NCBI GenBank assembly: GCA_951813565.1
Contig: OX638351.1
Location: 5,088,001 to 5,152,000 of the forward strand
Direction: 5' to 3'
Source: an uncultured Poribacteria bacterium
Lineage (GTDB): Bacteria; Poribacteria; WGA-4E; WGA-3G
Length of the DNA: 64,000 bases
Under the pieces are notes generated by a model. It saw nothing but the letters and a program-made list of their open reading frames with translations, ran no database searches and was not told the DNA's origin. Every line of letters starts with the position of its first letter. Positions within the stretch are counted from its first letter, which is position 1. Position numbers and translations under genes: made by a program. Shown here one piece after another: positions 40,405 to 51,009 of the stretch.

Positions 40405-40953
40405 ATGAAAGTTAACGAAGAGATGTCGTTTTGGGATAGACTCTATATCCCAGCGTTGATTAAGGGGATGTTTACAACGTTAAAACACATCCCTAAGAAG
40501 AAACTAACAATTCAGTACCCTGAGGATCCGCGAAGCGTAAATGAAAGGAATGATCGGTATCGAGGGGTTCATAAACTAACGACAACTGACAAAGATGAAA
40601 TTAAGTGTGTTGCCTGTTTTTTATGTGCAACCGCTTGTCCCGCAGATTGCATTACGATACAAGCTGCACCTGCACCGGAAGGTTGGACAACCAAAGAGGG
40701 GTACCAACGTGAAAAATATCCGGATGTTTTTGAGATAAACATGCTGCGTTGTATATTCTGTGGTTATTGTGTTGAAGCGTGTCCTGAAGACGCTATTCGC
40801 ATGACAGGATTAACGCTGCCACAATATTTCCGTGAACGTCAGGAAGAAGGTGAAAAACTCGGAAGTGCGCGTAGTGATTTCATCTTTAACCGTGATATGT
40901 TGGTTGCAAACAATGACATCGTTCAAGAAGGACTTAGCGTTGAAGCACAGTAA
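40405..40953 (+). CDS. nuoI: NADH-quinone oxidoreductase subunit I
   Basis: TIQYPE, RYRGxH, two CxxCxxCxxxCP clusters, INMLRCIFCG. Confidence 0.9.
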   Translation: MKVNEEMSFWDRLYIPALIKGMFTTLKHIPKKKLTIQYPEDPRSVNERNDRYRGVHKLTTTDKDEIKCVACFLCATACPADCITIQAAPAPEGWTTKEGYQREKYPDVFEINMLRCIFCGYCVEACPEDAIRMTGLTLPQYFRERQEEGEKLGSARSDFIFNRDMLVANNDIVQEGLSVEAQ

Positions 40954-41037
40954 GAACTATGTAAGCATAATGCTTAGCGCTTGTAATACAGTCGGCGCCA
41001 CTGTTTTAGGAAGTAAGGTGCTGTCTGTAAACGGACT

Positions 41038-41637
41038 ATGATTTCACACCCCCCGTTTCCGAATAAGCAATATCAAATTCTCTACGCGGACCCACCTTGG
41101 GATTACAAAGGTCAACTCCAGCATACAGGTTCTGGAGGCAAAGAAAGTGGTGGAGCGATTAGACATTATCCGACCATCTCTGTATCAGAAATGGCACAAT
41201 GGAATATTGCGGCTATATCTGCTAAAAATTGCCTGTTGTTTATGTGGAGTTCATCGCCGCACCTTGACCAAGCAATTTTGTTAGGAAAAGCCTGGGGATT
41301 TAACTGGGCAACAGTGGCGTTTGTTTGGGATAAGTGCCGAGTTAATCCAGGATTCTATACGATGAGCCAGTGCGAATTGTGTCTCGTTTTTAAACGCGGT
41401 ACAATTCCACAACCACGAGGTATGCGAAATATTCGGCAGCTTGTCCAATCGAAGCGGGCACGACATTCGGAAAAACCGGATGAGGTGCGACGTCGTATTC
41501 AAGAGATGTTTCCTGAACAGAGCAAACTGGAACTTTTCGCACGCAAGAAAGTTAAAGGTTGGGATGTGTGGGGACTTGAGATTAAGCAGGAATTATTGAA
41601 CACGGAAAGAATTTTGAGTATCCCAGCTACTGAATAA
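41038..41637 (+). CDS. MT-A70 family adenine methyltransferase
   Basis: ADPPW, HSEKP, LELFAR motifs. Confidence 0.9.
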   Translation: MISHPPFPNKQYQILYADPPWDYKGQLQHTGSGGKESGGAIRHYPTISVSEMAQWNIAAISAKNCLLFMWSSSPHLDQAILLGKAWGFNWATVAFVWDKCRVNPGFYTMSQCELCLVFKRGTIPQPRGMRNIRQLVQSKRARHSEKPDEVRRRIQEMFPEQSKLELFARKKVKGWDVWGLEIKQELLNTERILSIPATE

Positions 41638-41663
41638 TTGGAGGACACATACTAATTGATACA

Positions 41664-44423
41664 ATGCAAGGTATATCGCTAAATTTTCACTCTGACTTAC
41701 TTTTTACATTAACAGAAAAAATCAAAGCCAGTGTTGAGGGACGGATGAGTTGGGGAGACACTTTTGGAATCGGGCTCGGTGGCAAGAACAATAAACATTT
41801 GATTGTTTGGACACCAAAGGTAACATCCGAGAGTCAAATTCTTCCCGGTTTTGACTCCGAAGATGGAGAACTCACTTTAAAAATGAAGCAGCGTCCAGGG
41901 GCTTGGGTATCCTGGATTGACGAAGCAAAGGTACAAGCTTCCGCACTTGACGATTATGATCGCGTTCACAAAAGTGTACAAGAGTTAGAACGCAATACGC
42001 GCCAGATTACCGATTTCGCTGACGGTGTTCTTGCTAACATTACCATCCAACACTTAGGAAAATCCCTTACACTCTCTGAACTGGCTGAAGAAGTTTTACA
42101 ATCCCGTTTGATAGTACCGAGTACCATCAAAACAGGTGGTTTTGTTCTTGCGAAGACAGCAGACACCGAACGCCCTTCCGCAAAAGTCGTTATTCCTGAG
42201 CAAACCCATATCCACAGAGTACATCTCAACGAAGATGTTGTGCTTACAGAGGTTGAGAAAGAAGGGGACGACACGGTTTTGGTAGTGCTGCGCACTCATA
42301 TTAAAAACTATCCTGATCTCGTTGACTTAGGATACAGCTTAACGCTGCATGAACGTTTTCTGGAGGACGATGATTCAGAAACCTCACCACCTGTACGAGT
42401 ATTGTCAACAGCCGCAGTTTACGATCCACTTGAACCCAAAACGCTAAGACTTGTGCCAATAGCATTCAACGCGCCGCCTAAAGAAATTGAGGAAGCGATA
42501 ACTAATAGTTCTTCAAAAATTGAAGACTATATGGTCAAAGCAAGCCAACATGCATACCAGTTGATGACGCAATTCCAACAAGGTGTTGAGAGCCGACTTA
42601 AAGCACTAATGCTAAATCGTGGACAACGAATTCATAATAAAGTGTGGGATGACCTCGTCATTGGTGAATTGCGTAATACGATAGGTACATTTTCTGATTT
42701 CTACGCGGACTATCTTGGCGAACATTTTGAGGAGGAAGCAACAAAGACAACGACGAAGATATTTAGCGAAAGTATTGATCCGATGATTGAGTTTTGGCAG
42801 CTACAAGATAACCAACAGTTTACGCTCAACCACATGATTCAATCAAGTTACACCTTAACTAATCAAGTATTAGATAAGGCAGCAGCACTTTTCCACGACC
42901 TCGTTTTTGAAACTGATTTCATCGCAACAGAGCTTGTCGTTCCAGTTGAAGCAAAAATTTTTGAAGGTGACGTACTGTTAGACGAAATCTATCTACCTGA
43001 ATGGACATCTGGTACTGTGCGTGAGAAGATGACTCGTATCGGTCTTCGATCCACTTTGCATCCAATGCAAATTGAAAGGATGCGGAACGTCTGGCTAACG
43101 CTTCTTGAAATCGCTAATTTTACAAGTCAACATAACCAGGATTTTGAAAAGGTTATCCAGCCGCTTGAGAATATTCTGTTAGCCACGAAACCCGCAACGG
43201 CTCAGCGGAATAACCGGACGAACCGGCAAACGCAACCAAAATTTCCAGGATTTGAGGTTGCAGACGCTGAGTTTGAAGAACTCCTAACCCATGTGAAAGA
43301 CCATTTGCCAACCATAAAGCGATGGATTGAGCAGGCACCACGAGAAACTGATAAACTCCAAACGTATTACAATACGTTGTGGACATTGGTCCTTAATGGA
43401 AAATATCGTGAGAAACTCTTAGGAGATTTCAAACCTATCTGTGACATCAATCTCAGTGTGCCAGACCAGACGAAGCGATTAATGAACCTTACATTGGAAA
43501 GTCAACTTGTAGTTGAGAACGAGAAGGATCGAAAAGTTTTAGAACGCAACCTCAATCGCGCACTTGTTGCAAAAACAGGACACAGCCTGCGCGACATAAC
43601 AACATCCGAGAAACTCGCTATTCATGGAGATGTTACACTATCTCTACTCCGCCAAGAATTGGTTCGATACGATGAAACGTTAGCCAAACGTGTCACCCGT
43701 CTGACAAGCCTAACACGAAAAGGCAAAAAACGGAACGCTGTTCAAGCACGCAATAACGGTAACCCTACTTTTGAGGCGATTCAAGCAGAACAGACAAAAG
43801 TCAGTGAAATGATTGCGTTTTTGAAACCTTATGGAGAATCAGAGGTTATAAGTACGCTCGTTAACGCGGGACTTAGTAAAAGTGCCGCTGAACTTGAAGA
43901 AATTCGGAAACAACAGATATTGAGTTTCGATTTAAGTGAACTTCCTTCAATAGGTGAAACGTGGCTCACCGAAATCAAGACGTTGGAGGATTATCCAAAT
44001 CTCCGAATGTTCCTGCTTCAAAATAAGTTGCCAATTTCAACTACGGGACGTATTTTGATGGAATTACGCGATATTTTGTCCGACTCCCTTTTTAATCAGG
44101 TATTAGGACTAATTCAAGAGGTCAAAGAACTCCAAAACAGTAGTTATGAAGGGGAAGTTTTAGACCAATTTATTACCTATATTTCTGAAAAAGTGTGGCG
44201 TTGGGAATTAACGCAGATTACGTCTGAGGAACTTCCGGTTGTCGTTAAGGAAAAGGTTTTAACTTCAGCAATATGTTACGAGAAAGAGGTAGAAACCTTG
44301 ATGGAATACGTTGAACGCTACGATGAATTGCTACAGACTAAACTGAAAGCCGACTCTAAGATGAACGTTGAGCGTGAAAACCTTGAATCACGATTTCAAG
44401 AAATTGTTGAGAGTCTTTTATAG
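41664..44423 (+). CDS. Large hypothetical protein (919 aa, mostly helical)
   Basis: Long ORF with upstream GGAGG; no motif recognised. Confidence 0.75.
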   Translation: MQGISLNFHSDLLFTLTEKIKASVEGRMSWGDTFGIGLGGKNNKHLIVWTPKVTSESQILPGFDSEDGELTLKMKQRPGAWVSWIDEAKVQASALDDYDRVHKSVQELERNTRQITDFADGVLANITIQHLGKSLTLSELAEEVLQSRLIVPSTIKTGGFVLAKTADTERPSAKVVIPEQTHIHRVHLNEDVVLTEVEKEGDDTVLVVLRTHIKNYPDLVDLGYSLTLHERFLEDDDSETSPPVRVLSTAAVYDPLEPKTLRLVPIAFNAPPKEIEEAITNSSSKIEDYMVKASQHAYQLMTQFQQGVESRLKALMLNRGQRIHNKVWDDLVIGELRNTIGTFSDFYADYLGEHFEEEATKTTTKIFSESIDPMIEFWQLQDNQQFTLNHMIQSSYTLTNQVLDKAAALFHDLVFETDFIATELVVPVEAKIFEGDVLLDEIYLPEWTSGTVREKMTRIGLRSTLHPMQIERMRNVWLTLLEIANFTSQHNQDFEKVIQPLENILLATKPATAQRNNRTNRQTQPKFPGFEVADAEFEELLTHVKDHLPTIKRWIEQAPRETDKLQTYYNTLWTLVLNGKYREKLLGDFKPICDINLSVPDQTKRLMNLTLESQLVVENEKDRKVLERNLNRALVAKTGHSLRDITTSEKLAIHGDVTLSLLRQELVRYDETLAKRVTRLTSLTRKGKKRNAVQARNNGNPTFEAIQAEQTKVSEMIAFLKPYGESEVISTLVNAGLSKSAAELEEIRKQQILSFDLSELPSIGETWLTEIKTLEDYPNLRMFLLQNKLPISTTGRILMELRDILSDSLFNQVLGLIQEVKELQNSSYEGEVLDQFITYISEKVWRWELTQITSEELPVVVKEKVLTSAICYEKEVETLMEYVERYDELLQTKLKADSKMNVERENLESRFQEIVESLL

Positions 44424-44425
44424 GA

Positions 44426-44775
44426 GTATAGTTAGACAATTCTTGTCTCGTGGAAGTTGAGTTTCAACAGAAAATCTATTTTTCTACCAGTTTCGTATAT
44501 CAGTGGAACAACGTGAAATGCCGCACTCCAGCGGAGTGCTATGTTTATAGAAAACGGTATGTACATATTCTCGCACTCCAGCGGAGTGCTATGTGTCGGA
44601 AATCACATGCCGCTCCGCTGGAGCGGATATGTCCGTTCATAATGTGGCTATAAACATATTGCTCCGCTGGAGCAAAGAGGGTTCCATTTTGTCTATCGTG
44701 TGTTGATTTAGCAACATAGGTCGTGAACCAATTTCTTATATCAACTCATATTTGAAAAAATTGTCCAAACTATAG
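44426..44775. mobile_element. 350-bp MITE with family A ends and different internal palindromes
   Basis: Ends GTATAGTTAGACAATT / AAATTGTCCAAACTATAG; 9-bp TSD TTTATAGGA; internal GCACTCCAGCGGAGTGC palindromes. Confidence 0.82.
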
Positions 44776-44793
44776 TTTATAGGAACAAATGGC

Positions 44794-45717
44794 ATGAAAA
44801 TCGCATTATTAGGATCTGGTCAGTTGACACTTTCAGTTGCTTGGGGTATTTGTCATTCTGAGTTAGCGCAGGAAGTTGTTTTTTTTACAAATACGCAATC
44901 CGGTGGCAAATATGGAAACCGTAGTCCAAGAAATTCACGTCCAATAGCCGATAGTATAGAAGATATTACGTTCGCAACTGCTATGAGTGCCAGTGATACT
45001 GCCGTTTCTTTAACAAGTTCTGGTGAAGAACTATCCGATTCTGACGTGGTTGTTCTGTTGCCCGCAGCCGTTTCTTTCGGTTTTCACTCGGCACAAGCAT
45101 TGAAAACAACTAATCTTTCAATAACTCGTCAGATCGTGCCGAAGGTACTGGAGCATACGCAAAATGCTAAAGTACTGGTTGCGATGCCTTTTGCGAACTA
45201 TATCTCGGCATGGATACATCAGACCCACAGGACAAACAACATAATCGGTATTGCAAATGGTGTTTCCACAGCACATCTAAAATCGGAAATAGCAATTCGG
45301 CTTGGACTCTCAGTAAAGGATGTGTCCGCATTGGCAATCGGAAATGACGAAGTGACGTATCCATTATCGCAGTATTGCAGGGTGAATGGTGTTCCGCTAA
45401 AACAATTGATGGATGAATCCGACATCCAAAATCTATCGGCAGTTGTTACTGAACGTTGCCCATATACTTCAGCGAGTGAATATACTTTGGCAAGTCATAT
45501 TCTTCAAGTGCTGTCAGCAATCAGTCTTGATAAGAAGCGGGTTATGAGTGTTGGTACACGGATTTCAACGGACACGACATCGGTTTTCTTGAATGTTCCA
45601 TCAAAAATTGGTAGTGACGGCATAGAACAGATTATTCCATTAGATTTGACAAATCCACAACGCGATCAATTTAAGCAACTGGTTGCACAAAGTGCAGCAG
45701 CGCAAAACTTTAGTTGA
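44794..45717 (+). CDS. Degenerate lactate/malate dehydrogenase-like protein
   Basis: MKIALLGSG N-terminus and LDH/MDH layout (SDVVV, RVNGVPL, DKKRV, VPSKIGSDGIE), but catalytic motifs are altered. Confidence 0.7.
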   Translation: MKIALLGSGQLTLSVAWGICHSELAQEVVFFTNTQSGGKYGNRSPRNSRPIADSIEDITFATAMSASDTAVSLTSSGEELSDSDVVVLLPAAVSFGFHSAQALKTTNLSITRQIVPKVLEHTQNAKVLVAMPFANYISAWIHQTHRTNNIIGIANGVSTAHLKSEIAIRLGLSVKDVSALAIGNDEVTYPLSQYCRVNGVPLKQLMDESDIQNLSAVVTERCPYTSASEYTLASHILQVLSAISLDKKRVMSVGTRISTDTTSVFLNVPSKIGSDGIEQIIPLDLTNPQRDQFKQLVAQSAAAQNFS

Positions 45718-45919
45718 AGAGGCGTTTTTAACATTAAACATACATCGAATGTGTGAAGTTTGTCAAAGTCTCACACCTCTTATTGTAGGGGCGGATTTCT
45801 GTGCTTGTCCGTTGTTCCGGACCTAAACGTGGCGAGGCACAGGAGCCCGCTGAATATCGGACGCGTATTCAGCGTTGATTCCGCCCTACAAGTTATTTAT
45901 GAGATAGGTTGAAATTAAA

Positions 45920-46201
45920 ATGATCATATCTAACATCGGTGAGAAACGTTTTGGCTCAGTTATAGGTGCAATTAATATCGAATTTGTACGGGATATACTT
46001 GTCGTGCCTATTTCAAACACAGAACATTATAGTCTTGCTGTTGTAATGCCAACAATGGATACAAAAGACAAACTTATACATATCAAAACTTACATCAATG
46101 AAGACGCAGCCACAAACGCATATTACAACTTAATGGATGCGATTATAGATGGAGAAAGAGTTTGGGAAGCACCCAACGATTTTGCTGTTCCTAAAAACTG
46201 A
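45920..46201 (+). CDS. Small hypothetical protein
   Basis: 93-aa ORF with ATG start, located between repeats. Confidence 0.55.
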   Translation: MIISNIGEKRFGSVIGAINIEFVRDILVVPISNTEHYSLAVVMPTMDTKDKLIHIKTYINEDAATNAYYNLMDAIIDGERVWEAPNDFAVPKN

Positions 46202-46505
46202 TTATGAACTTTACAATGCCATATTACAGAAAACAGTGACAAATAACTGAGGAGTGTGCATAAATAATTCCGATGTTAAATATGCGCTTAAAGGTAGTCC
46301 GCACATGCCGCTGAATGCGAAAAGCGCATTCACAGCGTTGATTGGGTTTCGCTTACGTTCTACCTACCTATGAACTCGATTTACAGTTTATACCAAATTA
46401 CCCTAAATCGTAGGGGCGGGTCTCTGTGCCCGCCCTTACCATCGGCAGTGAAAACAATACAATTCTCGTTAATTTGGTATTAGGTCCGAGTTAAAAATAT
46501 AGCAA

Positions 46506-47606
46506 ATGAGAGAAATATATCAAAAAATCCCAGAATTAATTGAAGCGGATCAAGTCGGTGCCTACTGCACTGTTGTTGAAACCAAAGGTTCAACACCGCA
46601 AAAACCGGGGGCAAAACTGTTGATCCTTCCGAATTTGCGTAATATCGGTACGCTCGGTGGTGGTTGTGTAGAAGCTGAAGCGCGCCGACAAGCCATTGGG
46701 CTAATGCAAGGTGGTACGCCTCGGTTGCTCCAGTTTCAATTGGATAGTGATTACGGCTGGGACGATGGTCTTATCTGCGGTGGAAATATGAAAATCTTCA
46801 TAGATTTGCCACAAACGCGTGTTGAAGCGGAGATGTTCATTCGCTTACAGGAACTGAACGCAGAAAAGGTGCCTCTTATTTTTGCGACCGTTGTGGAAAG
46901 TGAGCAGCAAAGTGTAGATGTTGGCATGAAGATGGTCTTTGCGACGAATGGTGAACGGATCGGCACATTAGGCAATTCGGATTTAGAAGCGGATGTGGAG
47001 AACCAAATCTCTACTATTCTTGAAGAAAACCGTGCAGGCATGTTCCAACAGACCGAAACTACGTCAATCTTCCTTGAACCGCTTCAGCCAAGACCGACTC
47101 TACTTATTGCAGGTGCAGGACACGTCGGTCAGGCACTCTGCCATCTCGGAAGTTGGTTAGATTTTGATATAACAATCATTGATGACCGGGCAGATTTTGC
47201 TTCAACTGAGCGGTTACCTGAGGCAGACGAAATTATCATCGGAGACATTGCGGAGGAACTCCGAAAATATCCAATTAACCATTTAACTTATGTGGTGATT
47301 GTAACACGCGGGCATCAGCACGATGAGTCTGCACTCCATAGCGTTGTTGAGTCGGATGCACAATACATTGGATTGATCGGTAGCCGTAGGAAAATAAAAT
47401 TGATTTTCGATGATCTGTTGGAGGTTGGTATACCGATTGAAAAACTGCAGCGAGTTTATGCACCGATTGGGCTGGACATTAATTCCAAAACTGTGCCAGA
47501 GATAGCGGTAAGCATCGCTTCACAGTTAATTCAGGTGCGCAACGGGGCGGAAAAGAGACAATCTTTTGAAGCACAACCTGCTCGGATGCCTACCATCAAA
47601 TTATGA
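46506..47606 (+). CDS. XdhC/CoxI family Moco maturation protein
   Basis: GSTPQKPGAK, GTLGGGCVE, GLICGG, GAGHVG, YIGLIGSRRK, APIGLDI. Confidence 0.93.
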   Translation: MREIYQKIPELIEADQVGAYCTVVETKGSTPQKPGAKLLILPNLRNIGTLGGGCVEAEARRQAIGLMQGGTPRLLQFQLDSDYGWDDGLICGGNMKIFIDLPQTRVEAEMFIRLQELNAEKVPLIFATVVESEQQSVDVGMKMVFATNGERIGTLGNSDLEADVENQISTILEENRAGMFQQTETTSIFLEPLQPRPTLLIAGAGHVGQALCHLGSWLDFDITIIDDRADFASTERLPEADEIIIGDIAEELRKYPINHLTYVVIVTRGHQHDESALHSVVESDAQYIGLIGSRRKIKLIFDDLLEVGIPIEKLQRVYAPIGLDINSKTVPEIAVSIASQLIQVRNGAEKRQSFEAQPARMPTIKL

Positions 47607-47615
47607 GGTATTAAA

Positions 47616-47957
47616 ATGAATCATATTAATTTGGATAAAGATAAATCCTATACACTTGCTGAGGTTGTTGAGTTTGTGCAGAAAACACTTGAAGCAGTAA
47701 AGGAAAAATCCGAACATTGTGATTTCCAATACACACCAACGGATGTCTATTGGTTGTTGCATGATATGCTTGGGTATGTGAACCAGAATGTTACTGGCGA
47801 GTTTGCTTTGCGGCGACTGGAGAAAGGAACTTACCGAGTACAATATAGGACTGAAGAGGCACAGAAACAGAGAGCGGCAAGAAAACTTGAAGATGAAGTC
47901 CGTCAAACAGCAACGTATTTAGAAAAGTTAACAGGACGCCGCCCACCGTGGGGTTAA
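47616..47957 (+). CDS. Hypothetical protein
   Basis: ORF directly after the XdhC-family gene, with GAGGT RBS. Confidence 0.6.
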   Translation: MNHINLDKDKSYTLAEVVEFVQKTLEAVKEKSEHCDFQYTPTDVYWLLHDMLGYVNQNVTGEFALRRLEKGTYRVQYRTEEAQKQRAARKLEDEVRQTATYLEKLTGRRPPWG

Positions 47958-48153
47958 TTCGTAAGTTCGCTTTCTTTTGAGACTTCTGCTTTTGTGCTTC
48001 ATAGATCACTTATAATACCATTTCTAAAAAAAACTTCTCTTAAAGAAATAGTCCGTTCGTAGTCGCGCAATTCATTGCGCCTCGGACATTTCTTTTCAAA
48101 AGAGAAAATAATTCATAGAATTGGTATAAAATGACTTCTAAGGAGAATAGTTC

Positions 48154-49050
48154 GTGAATCAGCAACAAAAGGTAGCAGTTGAAGATATTGAAATGTCGGT
48201 AGACGCGTTAGATGCTGAAAAAGCTGCCAGCATCTTTGAAGAGCATGGATGTCTTGTCGTGCGAGGTCTGATGAAACCGTATGTTGAGGAAATTCACCAA
48301 GATGCTGAAGCTGCCGCTGCTGAATCTTTGTCGCTGCTTGACGAAGCACAGCAGATTGTTGAAGGGTGGAGGACACCGAACGGAACGCTTTTCATTCCTG
48401 CGCCACAAGGATACGATCGAGATAAACAGATCATGGTTTTGGCAATGAATTATCAGACAAGCGCAGCATTTTTCCATTCAGCTTTTGATGAAAATGCAAT
48501 AAGCATCGTTGAAGCGATATTAGGACCAAACGTTGAAATTTTCGGCAATGGACAGTGCCTCTATAAAGAACCAGTTGGTGGACATCCGAAGCATCTACAC
48601 CAAGACTCCGCGTACTTTGAGCATCGCTATCAGGGTCCCGTCGGTATTTTGAACTATGTTGTGGATACAGACCTTGTGAACGGTGCATTATATGTTGTAC
48701 CGGGATCACATAAACTCGGACAACTGAAGCACGTGGATACTTTCTCACACCTTGGCTTGGAGGAAGATGAATGGCCCTGGGAGCGCGCGTTCCCTGTAAT
48801 TGGTAATGCTGGCGATTCTATCTTCTTTAATGTTAAAACGGTACACGGTTCTAAACAAAATATGTCAGACAAACCGCGTCCGGTTTTCATCAATCGTTAC
48901 CGACGGACAGATGACTTTGTGAAAGTTGGTGGGACAACAACCACAAATCGAGCAGAAGCAGAAAAACGTGCAGCGGCTGCAGAGGAAGCGAAGAAATCTA
49001 ATAGTGATCGCGGTTTGATGGTGCGAGGTTTTCGTCCCTATTCTGTATAG
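48154..49050 (+). CDS. PhyH family dioxygenase
   Basis: LHQD, NGALYVVPGSH, TVHGS, distal Arg. Confidence 0.92.
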   Translation: MNQQQKVAVEDIEMSVDALDAEKAASIFEEHGCLVVRGLMKPYVEEIHQDAEAAAAESLSLLDEAQQIVEGWRTPNGTLFIPAPQGYDRDKQIMVLAMNYQTSAAFFHSAFDENAISIVEAILGPNVEIFGNGQCLYKEPVGGHPKHLHQDSAYFEHRYQGPVGILNYVVDTDLVNGALYVVPGSHKLGQLKHVDTFSHLGLEEDEWPWERAFPVIGNAGDSIFFNVKTVHGSKQNMSDKPRPVFINRYRRTDDFVKVGGTTTTNRAEAEKRAAAAEEAKKSNSDRGLMVRGFRPYSV

Positions 49051-49124
49051 ATAGAAATTGATTCTTACACAAAACCGCTCTAATATTGGAGTGGTTTTTC
49101 TATACAATAGACATTATAACGTTT

Positions 49125-49238
49125 TATAGTAAAATTCACAATTACCTTTACATTGGCGAGGTTAGGAAACCTCGCCAGCGCATGCGTGTGGGAATTGCTG
49201 TTCATTGAAATGTGAACATATTATTGGATTTTACTATA
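49125..49238. mobile_element. 114-bp MITE family D copy 2 (inverted)
   Basis: Reverse complement of 19871-19984. Confidence 0.8.
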
Positions 49239-49310
49239 ATTGTGAGTTATTGGTCTGCGGAAAAATCTTATGTTTGTCCGTTGGGCAGATGAGGCATCGC
49301 GCGCAACTTT

Positions 49311-49489
49311 CTGAATCGCGGATTTATCGGATGACGCAGATGGCACGGATTATTGGATACTGGTAACAACAAGTCGTTTTCATAATGTCCGGTCAATAAC
49401 AGAAGGCGTGCATGCGTCCGTTGAATGTGCGGATACAAAGTTCTTAAAATCCGCGTCATCCGATAAATCTGCGATAATCCGCGATTCTG
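49311..49489. repeat. Inverted pair of AATCCGCG-type short repeats
   Basis: TCTGAATCGCGGATTTATCGGATGACGC ... GCGTCATCCGATAAATCTGCGATAATCCGCGATTCTGA; same motif occurs in the 253-bp unit. Confidence 0.6.
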
Positions 49490-49525
49490 ACAACACAACG
49501 CAGATTAAATCATTAGAATGTCTAA

Positions 49526-49945
49526 TTAACCCATCTGATACAGCATCAGATAAATAAGTACACCTGTAACAGACACATATAGCCAGATCGGAAAGGTGAT
49601 TTTTGCGATGCGACGGTGTTTATCAAACTTTTCGCGCCATGCTAAGTAGAGGGTGCGTAACGCTAACGGCACTATCACAAACGCCAAAATGATGTGCGAA
49701 ATCAGAATAGTAAAGTAGACAGGACGGACCCAACCCTGCTGTGTAAACTGGGTTGACCCCGCATTAACATGATAGATAACATAACTGATAAGGAAAAGTA
49801 CTGACACTGTAAAAGCTGCGAGCATACATTTCTTATGCGCCGCAATTTTCCGCTGTCGAATTAACACATAACCTACTACCAACAGGATAGCACTGATTGA
49901 ATTCAAAGTTGCATTGACAGTTGGCAGATCTGAAATCTCAAGCAC
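49526..49945 (-). CDS. DUF420 membrane protein
   Basis: LPTVNATLN, HKKCM, ISHIILA, WLYVSVTG; GTG start after GGAG. Confidence 0.9.
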   Translation of the reverse strand: MLEISDLPTVNATLNSISAILLVVGYVLIRQRKIAAHKKCMLAAFTVSVLFLISYVIYHVNAGSTQFTQQGWVRPVYFTILISHIILAFVIVPLALRTLYLAWREKFDKHRRIAKITFPIWLYVSVTGVLIYLMLYQMG

Positions 49946-49958
49946 GTTTTCTCCTTTC

Positions 49959-50837
49959 CTATCGGGGCCACCGATATGCCTGCACGCCTCTGGAATTTTC
50001 CAAAGCAAATTCCCACCGTTTACACCATGTTTCATAATCGGTATTGCACGCTTCTGGACGTAAACGACTCCGCATCAAAAACGCAGGATAGTAAGGTCTT
50101 CCTGTTGGCTGATAAACATCATGATAACGTAGATCGAAACTCCATCGGACAGTTTCCGATTCATTCGGTTTTGCACTGTGGAGCGTATAGTTGTGGAATA
50201 GAATAACGCCACCTGCCCGAATCGGCAGCACTTTCGGTGTCAGGTTCGGAGGTTGATGTTCAGGTGTAACTGCCAATCCAGCGTCGTTCCAAGTGTGCGT
50301 GAACAACCCCATCTTATGACTGCCGGGCAACACTTGCAAACATCCATTTTTCAACGTTGCATCCACAATTGGTATCCAGATGGTTAGCATAAAATAAGGA
50401 TCAATATCGGGCCAACAAACGCCTGCGTCCTGATGCCACGGAGTCGGATGGCGTTGCGACTCCCGTTTTGGTAAAACCGCGCGGATGTGTTGGATGGGAT
50501 TACATACTATCTCAGAACCGACAAAAGATTCAGCAAGGTTAAGGATTTTAGGGTTTTTGAGGAAGTTAAACGTCGCTTCCCCGCGCGCACGCATAATATC
50601 TAAGTTTGCAGTTACCTCTGGTGCTTCAGCAGCAAGATGAAGCAAACGTTCTGTGAAGGGCTTATCAGCGTAGGTAGAGGTAACCTTTCCCTCCTTGTGC
50701 AATTTTTCAGCGCGTTCAGCGATTATTTCTGAGTACTCCTTAATAACAGGACCTAAGTCGTTTTCATCTAACACATCTTCAAACAGTAGATACCCGTTAT
50801 CATTGAAAAACGAAACTTCAGATTCGGTTAAACGCAT
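49959..50837 (-). CDS. PhyH family dioxygenase
   Basis: PWHQD, NGCLQVLPGSH, LHSAKPN, RWSFDLRY. Confidence 0.92.
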   Translation of the reverse strand: MRLTESEVSFFNDNGYLLFEDVLDENDLGPVIKEYSEIIAERAEKLHKEGKVTSTYADKPFTERLLHLAAEAPEVTANLDIMRARGEATFNFLKNPKILNLAESFVGSEIVCNPIQHIRAVLPKRESQRHPTPWHQDAGVCWPDIDPYFMLTIWIPIVDATLKNGCLQVLPGSHKMGLFTHTWNDAGLAVTPEHQPPNLTPKVLPIRAGGVILFHNYTLHSAKPNESETVRWSFDLRYHDVYQPTGRPYYPAFLMRSRLRPEACNTDYETWCKRWEFALENSRGVQAYRWPR

Positions 50838-51009
50838 AATTGTGTTCTCCTTGTGTTATACTTATACCATTCTAAAAAATATAATTTCATAATGAGATCA
50901 TAGGTTCAAACTGAGGTGAAGAATGTCCGAGACACAATGAATTGCGCGACTACAAGCACCTCTAACCTATAGAGAACTGTAAAGGTAATTTTAGATTTTA
51001 CAATATGCT

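Noticed and set aside
49946..50035. N-terminal extension of the DUF420 ORF overlapping the PhyH gene
   Set aside because: A GTG at 49945 with a GGAG RBS matches the family start and removes the overlap.
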